Shown here piece after piece: positions 27,446 through 35,038 of a stretch of 64,000 bases of DNA. The notes below the pieces were generated by a model. It was not told the DNA's origin and searched no databases. It saw only the letters and a list, made by a program, of their open reading frames with translations. Made by a program: the position numbers and the translations under genes. The number at the start of each line of letters is the position of its first letter. Within the stretch, counting starts at the first letter, position 1. The stretch is from a virus, in IMG/VR virus record IMGVR_UViG_3300035181_001974; one strand, 5' to 3'.

Positions 27446-29087
27446 TCCATTGCGAAAAGCTAGCCTAAATTCGCTCCGCGCACATCTCCTTAAAAAGCAC
27501 GGGCTCAATGCGGAGGCTGCGTACCTTCTTTTTCGAGAGCACCCTGGACCGTGCGTTCAGTGTTCAGGGCCGGTCAAGTTCATGACCTTTCAAACGGGAT
27601 ATGAACGTCTCTGTGGAGTTTGTAGCAAGAAGAACTCTCAAGTAAGAGGTGCGCTTAGCCGGAAATCAAAATCATTGCCTGCATGGAACAAGGGGCTGTC
27701 AGAAACAACGTCTGAATCGGTTCGAAGGGCCGCACAAGGTTGTCGTGATTTCATCAAAAAACACGGGCACTGGAGAACAGGACAAACTAAAGAAAATAAT
27801 GAATCTATCACAAGAGCTGCGCATAACATCTCTCGAGCATTGACTGAAAAATGGCAAGTAGAAAAACACTGGACGCAGCACGGTCAGACGTCAGAAACTG
27901 ACGATAGGATCAAACGGCGATCAGAACGGATCGGCGAAGGCGTTCGCTTGAATCATTGGTCTCGGAACGCTAATTCTGAAGATATCAAACGTTCGATCAT
28001 CGAGACTAGAAAACGCCTTATCGAGAACGGCACTAACTCTCCTTTTCGGTTGTCTCTCGAAGAGGTCGAACGGCGAGTTGATGCACTGCGGTCGAGGTGG
28101 AACATCGAAAAATTTGAGTTTGCTGGATACTCAACACCGGTGCATGTGACATGCGTCAGTTGTAACGTACCTGATATTGTTCCCTTTAACGTCCTTTACA
28201 AGGGAAAGGTGTGTTCAACGTGCTACCCGGCTAATTTCTCTCGCTGGCATCGTGAGGTGTTCGATTTCTTCGTCAAGCTCGATTCGAACGCCATCGCCAA
28301 CGACAGACAGTCAATCGCGCCTTATGAGCTGGACATCGTGTCAGGTAACGGAAGGATTGCCATCGAGTGCAACGGTGTCTATTGGCACAGTGAGGCGACC
28401 GGTACTCCACCATCGTATCACCAAGACAAGTCGACTCGCGCTCTTGAGCGTGGTGTGTCGTTGCTACATATCTTCGACGATGAATGGCACCATGATGTAA
28501 AGAAAAACATCATCAAAAGCATGATCAGGGTAAAGCTTGGTCTTGCTACTCGCGTGATGGCACGAAAGCTACATCTTCGCAGCGGTCGTCCAGCCATCAC
28601 CGCTCAGTTCATGGCGAACAATCACCTCGATGGAAACACTCCTTCGTCGCATTCGTTCTGGCTAGAGGACATTGCTGGAAACATTATTTGTGCATTGACA
28701 TTGCGAAAACCGCACCAGCAGACTAAGTGGGGATCTAAGACAATTGAATTGGCGCGGGTTTCAACGGCCCGCGATACCATCGTCGTTGGAGGCATGTCGC
28801 GGTTGATCAACGCTGCCAGGGATTGGTCACGTGAGCATGGTTACCAAAAAATGATCACATACCGTGACATGAGGTTGGGTGGCACTGGCCGGGCGTATGA
28901 ACTATCTGGTTTTAGATTTGATCACATGACGCAGCCTAGGTTTTGGTGGACGGACGGACAAAATCGTATCGATAGATTTGCTGTCAGGGCGATTCCGGGG
29001 ATCGCATCACAAGAAGAGATGGCGATGGAACACAGGCTTTTTAAGATCTTTGGTTGCTCCAACGCGGTGTACGTTATGGACCTGTGA
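27411..29087 (+). CDS. homing endonuclease (paralog of 24869..26602) inserted directly in the dnaE extein; ORF track start 27288 is probably an overlap artefact
   Basis: Zn-finger/NUMOD3-like N-terminus, Vsr-like core ELDIVSGNGRIAIECNGVYWHSE, C-terminal GGMSRLI...RFWWTD...FGCSNAVYVMDL domain. Confidence 0.65.
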   Translation, partial: TSCPSRCPQCNDPLRKASLNSLRAHLLKKHGLNAEAAYLLFREHPGPCVQCSGPVKFMTFQTGYERLCGVCSKKNSQVRGALSRKSKSLPAWNKGLSETTSESVRRAAQGCRDFIKKHGHWRTGQTKENNESITRAAHNISRALTEKWQVEKHWTQHGQTSETDDRIKRRSERIGEGVRLNHWSRNANSEDIKRSIIETRKRLIENGTNSPFRLSLEEVERRVDALRSRWNIEKFEFAGYSTPVHVTCVSCNVPDIVPFNVLYKGKVCSTCYPANFSRWHREVFDFFVKLDSNAIANDRQSIAPYELDIVSGNGRIAIECNGVYWHSEATGTPPSYHQDKSTRALERGVSLLHIFDDEWHHDVKKNIIKSMIRVKLGLATRVMARKLHLRSGRPAITAQFMANNHLDGNTPSSHSFWLEDIAGNIICALTLRKPHQQTKWGSKTIELARVSTARDTIVVGGMSRLINAARDWSREHGYQKMITYRDMRLGGTGRAYELSGFRFDHMTQPRFWWTDGQNRIDRFAVRAIPGIASQEEMAMEHRLFKIFGCSNAVYVMDL

Positions 29088-29105
29088 AAGTACCTTTACA
29101 AAGAC

Positions 29106-29582
29106 ATGGCAAAAGTCGTTGCTAACGTTGACGCACATACAAATGCGGTATCATTCAATGACATCAAGACCTGGTTCGAGCAGCACATGCACCCGGCCGT
29201 CATTGATTTCACCGATCCCAAACCTTACGAGGTCTACGAGAAAGGCAAGTGGGCAGGCATCTTCCAGTGCGTCGACCAGGACACGGCAGTGCTGATGGGC
29301 GATGACTCGTACAAGTTGATCAAGGACGTCCATGTCGGTGACGAGGTGACGGTCTTCGATGAAGTCAAGCAGCAGTTCACCACATCAGTCGTCGACGTCG
29401 TTTACGACCAAGGACCCAAGGAGTGCATCGAGCTCGTGTTCGACGACGGCAAGAAGCTTGTCTGCACCGCTGATCATCCCATCTTGACGAAGAATCGCGG
29501 GTGGGTTGAGGCACAGCACCTAACCGAAGACGACGAGTTGATTGGGTCTAGCAGTGGTTACGAAGCTCGTGGATTGACGTGA
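29106..29582 (+). CDS. dnaE: extein 5 (29106..29267) + N-intein 4 (29268..29579)
   Basis: AVIDFTDPKPYEVYEKGKWAGIFQ|CVDQDTAVLMGDDSYKLIKDVHVGDEV...; N-intein 4 tail (LVFDDGKKLVCTADHPILTKNRGWVEAQHLTEDDELI) is paralogous to the N-intein 1 tail. Confidence 0.75.
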   Translation: MAKVVANVDAHTNAVSFNDIKTWFEQHMHPAVIDFTDPKPYEVYEKGKWAGIFQCVDQDTAVLMGDDSYKLIKDVHVGDEVTVFDEVKQQFTTSVVDVVYDQGPKECIELVFDDGKKLVCTADHPILTKNRGWVEAQHLTEDDELIGSSSGYEARGLT

Positions 29583-29666
29583 GGCGGGCGTTTTGGTCGC
29601 AGGTTTCGCCGCGACCGTGGCCATGTCGCCTTACAGAGACGCAACAGGCCCACGACTCCGCAACAT

Positions 29667-30056
29667 GTGATTGTACGGACGCGCTCCGCTCATCGTAGCG
29701 CCCCTTTGTACTTTCTGCACTCAGCGGGCAACGGGAACGGAAAGAATGGCGTCGTCGACCTGTATGACAACTGGCGTCATTGCATGGACGAGGGCTTCAG
29801 CGAGGAGGAGATCAGGATCCAGCTCACAAGAGAGGCGTACATGATCTTCCATCGTCAATGACCGACGTTGGAGCTCTTTAAGCGGGTGTACGTGGAAGTC
29901 AAGGGCTGGTGGCGTGATGATGCTAGGGAGAAGTTTGACGCATTCGTAACGTTGCATCCGACGCTCAAGTGTGCACTTGTCAGTGGATATGACCTACAGT
30001 TGCTAGAAAAGAAGGAGACGACGCTTGAAGCTTGTGTCATCACGCAGCGTGGGTAA
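29667..30056 (+). pseudogene. decayed homing-endonuclease relic (PD-(D/E)xK core) between halves of intein 4, with in-frame TGA at 29859..29861
   Basis: ...MIFHRQ*PTLELFKRVYVEVKGWWRDDAREKFDAF resembles [15 protein letters not shown] of HEG 22907; far too short for a functional HE. Confidence 0.5.
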
Positions 30057-30624
30057 GCGCCACGTCTACGACATCGAGGTGCGAAATCATCATAATTTCG
30101 TCGCTAACGACGTCGTTGTTCACAATTGCACGGGCCAGGGCGCTCAGCGACTCTTTGTCAAAGGCAAGCCCAAGAGCATCATCGACATCGCGACGCTGAC
30201 CAGCATCTATCGCCCGGGTCCCTTGGCCGCCAAAGTCGATCGACTGTACTTGGAGGCGAAGAATGACGGCAAGGAGTTGGAGTGGGGCGATCACCGCGTC
30301 AACGACATCCTGAAGAAGACATACTCGTGTTTGACGGGTGACACACATATCCTTACTGAGCAAGGTGAGGTTCCCATTAGACAAATCGTTGAACAAGGAA
30401 TGGTGGGAACTAAGCTTCCGTCATACAATGAAATGACGAAGACCGTCGAGATGGACGAAGTTGTCGCTGTCGCCTCAAACGGCGTACGTGACATCATCGA
30501 GGTTGAGCTGGAGGGTGGAGAAACTTTGTCTTTGACTGAAGATCACCTTGTCATGACGCCTCGTGGTTGGGTGCAAGCAGGTGAACTGACGTCTGAAGAC
30601 GAGATTTTGGGAATGAAGTACTGA
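30025..30624 (+). CDS. dnaE: C-intein 4 (30025..30126) + extein 6 (30127..30327) + N-intein 5 (30328..30621)
   Basis: MKLVSSRSVGKRHVYDIEVRNHHNFVANDVVVHN|CTGQG..IATLTSIYRPGPLAAKVDRLY...KKTYS|CLTGDTHILTEQGEVP...; IYRPGPL matches DnaE ALFRPGPL. Confidence 0.8.
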   Translation: MKLVSSRSVGKRHVYDIEVRNHHNFVANDVVVHNCTGQGAQRLFVKGKPKSIIDIATLTSIYRPGPLAAKVDRLYLEAKNDGKELEWGDHRVNDILKKTYSCLTGDTHILTEQGEVPIRQIVEQGMVGTKLPSYNEMTKTVEMDEVVAVASNGVRDIIEVELEGGETLSLTEDHLVMTPRGWVQAGELTSEDEILGMKY

Positions 30625-30630
30625 AACCAG

Positions 30631-30830
30631 GCTACTTCGTCGTGCCATCACTCAACCTCATCATCGAGTACGACGGCGACTATTGGCACAGTAACCCAGC
30701 GAAGCATGAACTAACACCTGCGATGAAGAAGCAATTTAGGCTTGATCAATTATGGACGCTTGCCACAAGAACTTGAGGCTTCACGGTGTACCGCGTCTGG
30801 GAGTCTGATGCCTTGAACTATCACCTCAAA
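30631..30830 (+). pseudogene. Vsr-like (DUF559/EDxHD-type) nuclease-core relic with in-frame stop, between halves of intein 5
   Basis: YFVVPSLNLIIEYDGDYWHSNPAKHE...RLDQLWTLATRT*GFTVYRVWESD matches only the catalytic core of HEGs 24869/27411/31990; no DNA-binding region. Confidence 0.5.
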
Positions 30831-30847
30831 TTGAGGACAATTTAGAC

Positions 30848-31093
30848 ATGAAGATTGATGATTTTGAAGAGGAGTTGCTTACGTCGTTCAAGAACTTTAT
30901 CAACACGATGAAGTCACATACGGCATTTGGAAAGCGTGATGATCTCACGTATGCCGACTGGTTCGACACATTTCGAGCTTATGAAGAGGTCGGAAATGAT
31001 ATGGAGCTCGAATACCATGGTCAACGTGTTTTGAGTGTTGATGGACCAGTGTGCCAACTCTGCGCATCATCATTGAACATGAAAGAAAAATGA
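30848..31093 (+). CDS. hypothetical small protein inside intein 5 gap
   Basis: 81-aa ORF. Confidence 0.35.
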   Translation: MKIDDFEEELLTSFKNFINTMKSHTAFGKRDDLTYADWFDTFRAYEEVGNDMELEYHGQRVLSVDGPVCQLCASSLNMKEK

Positions 31094-31094
31094 T

Positions 31095-31412
31095 ATGAGC
31101 GCAGATCTTTACACTAGCGAGATCGATGACGATGTTTATGGATCTCTAACGCTAGAGATGAACGTTCATGGGAATTTGCGAATCATTGCATATGATCCTG
31201 GGACTAGAGATTTGGTAGGTTGCTGTCAGTTTCCACCCTCGCATGAGGGTTTCAACGAAGCCCAACGATTGATCAACGCTTTGCAAGAATGGATGCGTCA
31301 TGTGGGGGAAAATCTCAACCCTTGCCGAGTCGTTCTAGGCAGTGATGCTTTGTCGCGCTCAATGTCATTACACATTGTTTGTCAGACTCATCGTGAAACG
31401 GAGCGTAAGTGA
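31095..31412 (+). CDS. hypothetical small protein inside intein 5 gap
   Basis: 105-aa ORF, start 1 nt after previous stop. Confidence 0.35.
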   Translation: MSADLYTSEIDDDVYGSLTLEMNVHGNLRIIAYDPGTRDLVGCCQFPPSHEGFNEAQRLINALQEWMRHVGENLNPCRVVLGSDALSRSMSLHIVCQTHRETERK

Positions 31413-32110
31413 TGCCTGACGTAGTTCCCGTCAAGATCCGTGCGATCAAGCGTGTTCCTGCACAGCCTGTGTACGACATCCAGGTCAAGAAGAACAACAA
31501 CTTCTTCGCAAATGGCCTTCTCGTGCATAACTGCATAATTTTTCAGGAACAGGTGATGGAACTCGCCGAGAAGGCTGCCGGCTTCCCGAAGGACAAGTGT
31601 GACGAGGTCCGTCGCGCAATCATGAAGCGCAGCATCTCGGGCGGTGAGGCGGCAAAGAAGGCAGCCCAAGAGACCCGTGACGGGTTCGTCAAGGGTTGCA
31701 TCGCCAACGGTTATACCGAGAAGGTGGCCAACAACCTCTACGACAAGATTCTGTACTTCGCGGGCTACGGCTTCAATAAAAGTTTGTACTTTTCGGAACC
31801 AGTAAATACCTTTTTTTCAGACGGCACGTTCAAAGAGACAAAGCAGCTTCAACACATCGAACCCGGCGACCTGGTCATGTCTCGTGATGAGAATTCAGGT
31901 AAAAACATCCTCGTCCCTGTTGTTGCAAAACACGACCACGGTGAGCTAGACTTGGTAGAAGTGGAGTTGGTGACCGGAGAGAAGGTAAAGTGCACGTGGG
32001 ATCACAAGTTCAGGACGAAGGAGACAAACGAGATGTTGCCCCTGTGGATGATTGCCGAACGGGGCCTCAGCATCGTTGTGACCGATGTAGCAGGCTCTTC
32101 GTCTACCTGA
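31409..32110 (+). CDS. dnaE: C-intein 5 (31409..31531) + extein 7 (31532..31780) + N-intein 6 (31781..32107, Ser1)
   Basis: ...PVYDIQVKKNNNFFANGLLVHN|CIIFQEQVMELAEK...KILYFAGYGFNK|SLYFSEPVNTFFSDGTFKE...TWDHKF; extein matches E. coli GIILYQEQVMQIAQ...VEKFAGYGFNKS. Confidence 0.8.
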   Translation: MMPDVVPVKIRAIKRVPAQPVYDIQVKKNNNFFANGLLVHNCIIFQEQVMELAEKAAGFPKDKCDEVRRAIMKRSISGGEAAKKAAQETRDGFVKGCIANGYTEKVANNLYDKILYFAGYGFNKSLYFSEPVNTFFSDGTFKETKQLQHIEPGDLVMSRDENSGKNILVPVVAKHDHGELDLVEVELVTGEKVKCTWDHKFRTKETNEMLPLWMIAERGLSIVVTDVAGSSST

Positions 32111-33039
32111 AGGCCTACGAAAAACACCAAGCTAGGTGCCAAGGATTCATACTCGGTGACAGTGAGAGTGTCACATGCCAAGTCTGTGGCTTCACGGGTA
32201 AGGCACTGGCAAAGCACTTGTCGGGGACGCATGGTATGAGCAAAGAAGAATACCTGAAAGCGTACCCGACTGCCGCAATCACATCGAAAGTCTCGACAGC
32301 GCGTTTCAAGCATCGTGGGCAGAATTTCGCCTGGCTCAAACGAGCGAAGGCACGCGGTGATGATTTGACTGCCTACAAGGAAAAGATGGGCCGTGCGGTC
32401 AGTGAGGCCATCACGAGCAATCCGGGCGAGAGGAAACGTCGCTCTGAACTAATGGGAGAACTTAATCGACGACCTGAAGCCCGTAAACGTTCATCAGACG
32501 TTGCAAGACTAACGTCAACCCGGCCTGAGATACTCAAGGCACGTGCTGAGCGCCTGGCCCGTTGGCGTGAGTTGAACCCCGATGAGTTCTACGAAAAGTG
32601 CACAAAAGCTGCACATGCTATTTGGCATAGCATTCCGGAATTAGCGTTGTTTGATTTGTTGAAAAACGTTGAAGGTTATGATTTTGTTCATAATCAGGTC
32701 GTCAAGTCAGTTGCTTTTCCAAACAAATCTAAAAGAAAGCAAGTTGACATTGCCGATCGATCAAGACACATTTATGTTGAATTTGATGGAATCATCCATT
32801 TTAATGCACGTATTAAAGGCGAGGATAATTTTGAACGAGTGAAGTGCATGGATGCAATGCTTGATGATTACATCACTAAACATGATTGGACACTCATTCG
32901 AATTTCTTACGATCAGTTCTCATACAAGGATGGCGGTCGCTTCGAACCTGATTGCTTGAAAAAGCTTTTTGAGATCCTGAAAGATCCTCGACCTGGCGTT
33001 CATCGGATAGGAAAAGCGTATGAAAAGACCGCCGTTTGA
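31990..33039 (+). CDS. free-standing homing endonuclease (Zn finger + basic NUMOD-like linker + Vsr-like core) between halves of intein 6
   Basis: CDRCSRL..HQARCQ and CQVCGF..H finger; core HIYVEFDGIIHFNARIKGEDN...LIRISYDQF (DUF559/Vsr pattern). Confidence 0.65.
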   Translation: MHVGSQVQDEGDKRDVAPVDDCRTGPQHRCDRCSRLFVYLKAYEKHQARCQGFILGDSESVTCQVCGFTGKALAKHLSGTHGMSKEEYLKAYPTAAITSKVSTARFKHRGQNFAWLKRAKARGDDLTAYKEKMGRAVSEAITSNPGERKRRSELMGELNRRPEARKRSSDVARLTSTRPEILKARAERLARWRELNPDEFYEKCTKAAHAIWHSIPELALFDLLKNVEGYDFVHNQVVKSVAFPNKSKRKQVDIADRSRHIYVEFDGIIHFNARIKGEDNFERVKCMDAMLDDYITKHDWTLIRISYDQFSYKDGGRFEPDCLKKLFEILKDPRPGVHRIGKAYEKTAV

Positions 33040-33244
33040 AATCGCACTGAATGACATTGCCCAACGCATGGGTCTGAGTCCGATCGAACTGTTACGGGCC
33101 GCGGCACGTTACCGACGCAAAAGCGAAACGAAGGTTGAACTCCAGCCGACTGACGAGTACATTGAAGAAGAGTATGCTAAAGCAATGCTTGATGAACCGA
33201 ACGCAGGAGCGATCGAAGACCTGTTGAAGGACCTGCTCACATGA
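33020..33244 (+). CDS. hypothetical small protein
   Basis: 74-aa ORF between HEG6 and C-intein 6. Confidence 0.3.
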   Translation: MKRPPFEIALNDIAQRMGLSPIELLRAAARYRRKSETKVELQPTDEYIEEEYAKAMLDEPNAGAIEDLLKDLLT

Positions 33245-34371
33245 GTAACATCAAGTCTATCACACCCGTGGGTCGACACCAGACCTATGACCTCGAAGTC
33301 GATCACCCGGATCACCAGTTCTATCTCGCTAACGGGATACTGACGTCTAACAGCCATGCAGTGGCATACGCCATTGACAGCTTCTGGTGCGCCTGGCTGA
33401 TGACATATCACGAGGAGGAATGGCTGTGTGCCTATCTCGAAAGCATGTCGCACACTCCTGCTCAACGTGCTAAGGCGTTCAGCGAGGTAAAGGCCTTGGG
33501 CTATCAGATCGTCCCGATCGACATCAACCTGGCGGGGCTCGGGTGGACCGCGCTGCCCGGCAAGAAGTTGATGCCGTCGATGACGTCCTGCAAGGGTGTC
33601 GGCGACTCGGCGGTCGAAGAGATCATGGCCAACCGTCCCTACAACACTATCGAGGAGTTGCTGTGGGATGACAACTTCGAGTGGAAACACAGCAAGTTCA
33701 ACAAGAAGGCGATGGAGGCCCTGGTCAAGATCGGTGCCTTCGGCAGTATGGACATCGTGGGCGAAGGCAAGGTCTTCAACAACTATCATCACATGCACGA
33801 GGTCCTCTTCGGTTCTCACGTGGAGACCGTGACCAAGAAGCGCAAGGGCGTCGAGGTCACCGAAGAGGTCGACATCGATCACGGGGCGTTGATCAAGCGA
33901 CACCCGAAGTCTGACCCGCACGAGGGCCTTAAGAACTTCTACCAGTTGGTCAGGGACTACGCTGACATCGAGGACTGGTCGTCTTCTGAACGTGCTCAAA
34001 ATATGGTCGACGTCTTCGGTGCTTTGGACGTCACCGCCATGATTGACATCGAAATCTTGGCTGCCTTGGAGAAGAAGGGCGTCAATAGCATTGACGACCT
34101 GGAGCACGGTGACACGGCGGTCGTCTGGTTTGTCACGGCCCCTGTTGCTGCAAAGAAGGGTGGCAAGCCGGTGACGGGCATCAAGAAGAAGACCCGCAAT
34201 GGCAAGGAATATGTGCAAATCTTTGCGGTTGGACCCACTGGCAAGGCCACGAAGATTTCTGTCTGGGGCGGCAAGGAGCTTCCTGACCCCTTCATCCTGT
34301 GTTGTGCCGAGGTCAAGAGGGACGACTTTGGCGCGTCGACGACGGTCTGGAAGTTGAGGGAAATCACGTAA
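33241..34371 (+). CDS. dnaE: C-intein 6 (33241..33351, ends TSN) + extein 8 = DnaE C-terminal region (fingers end, OB domain)
   Basis: MSNIKSITPVGRHQTYDLEVDHPDHQFYLANGILTSN|SHAVAYAIDSFWCAWLMTYH..; LGYQIVPIDINLAG matches E. coli GLKILPPDINSG; KGVGDSAVEEIMANR matches KGVGEGPIEAIIEAR. Confidence 0.8.
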   Translation: MSNIKSITPVGRHQTYDLEVDHPDHQFYLANGILTSNSHAVAYAIDSFWCAWLMTYHEEEWLCAYLESMSHTPAQRAKAFSEVKALGYQIVPIDINLAGLGWTALPGKKLMPSMTSCKGVGDSAVEEIMANRPYNTIEELLWDDNFEWKHSKFNKKAMEALVKIGAFGSMDIVGEGKVFNNYHHMHEVLFGSHVETVTKKRKGVEVTEEVDIDHGALIKRHPKSDPHEGLKNFYQLVRDYADIEDWSSSERAQNMVDVFGALDVTAMIDIEILAALEKKGVNSIDDLEHGDTAVVWFVTAPVAAKKGGKPVTGIKKKTRNGKEYVQIFAVGPTGKATKISVWGGKELPDPFILCCAEVKRDDFGASTTVWKLREIT

Positions 34372-34564
34372 ACATAAAACCCATGTACACCTACGAACAG
34401 TTGATCGAGAAGATAGTCCGTGCCAAGGTCTCGCTGGCAACCACCGCGGGCACTCGGACTCGTGCCCAGCTGAATGCGATCACGAGGGCTACGCTCCGTG
34501 CAACTGTGGGGCCACGGCACACAACAGTCATATCTCTGCGTCTTTGGAGGACCTGAAGCTATGA

Positions 34565-35038
34565 ATGACGAGGGCGTGCCCAACGCGGACGCACTCCGAC
34601 AGTGGGCCGAGGCTTGGGAAGCCGCTGAACAACAGTGGGAAGAGACGATGGAGAGGACGGAGCGCGACAACAGGTGCCTCGAGGAAGAAAGGATCGCAGA
34701 TGAGTCGACGCGGCATCGTGATAACGCTACAGGTCTCTCTCCCAACTTGGGATAAAGAAAAGAACCAGTGGATGTTGCCTCCTCCCAGCGTTAAGCTGGC
34801 GCGGAAGCTACGCATGGCCCTCAGCAATGACATGACAGAAGCCTCGGAGGAAGAGATCGAGGCGTATGCCGTCCAGCTAGCTGAGGACTTCAAGAAAGAA
34901 GTCACGCTTGATGAGTGGAGTGGATTTTTCCGCGGGATCATCGAGCGAGTTCGTGACTATGATCGCGAGGGTCACGAGCGACGTGCTAGATTTAGCAACA
35001 TCTCCCCGGGCATCGGCAACCGCAAGGACGACGTTTAG
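34565..35038 (+). CDS. hypothetical protein
   Basis: 157-aa ORF; overlapping alternative frames make the start uncertain. Confidence 0.3.
   Translation: MTRACPTRTHSDSGPRLGKPLNNSGKRRWRGRSATTGASRKKGSQMSRRGIVITLQVSLPTWDKEKNQWMLPPPSVKLARKLRMALSNDMTEASEEEIEAYAVQLAEDFKKEVTLDEWSGFFRGIIERVRDYDREGHERRARFSNISPGIGNRKDDV

Larger units (their letters stand above)
20618..34371 (+). other. dnaE: fractured DnaE-type DNA polymerase III alpha gene: 8 extein pieces, 6 inteins all split at DNA level, 4 HEGs, 3 HEG relics
   Basis: extein pieces align colinearly to E. coli DnaE (PHP HNHTGFS/ITEHGNM; GPARG|[19 protein letters not shown]; FARFLSVHR|SGAPDID; RRDEVL...KYDLLGLETMRLI; GIFQ|CTGQG...IYRPGPL; CIIFQEQVM...YFAGYGFNK|SHAVAYA; C-terminal OB region). 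Each junction is an intein N-start (C or S then hydrophobic..DG..GD.V) or a C-end (..HN or SN then S/T/C). Confidence 0.85.
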
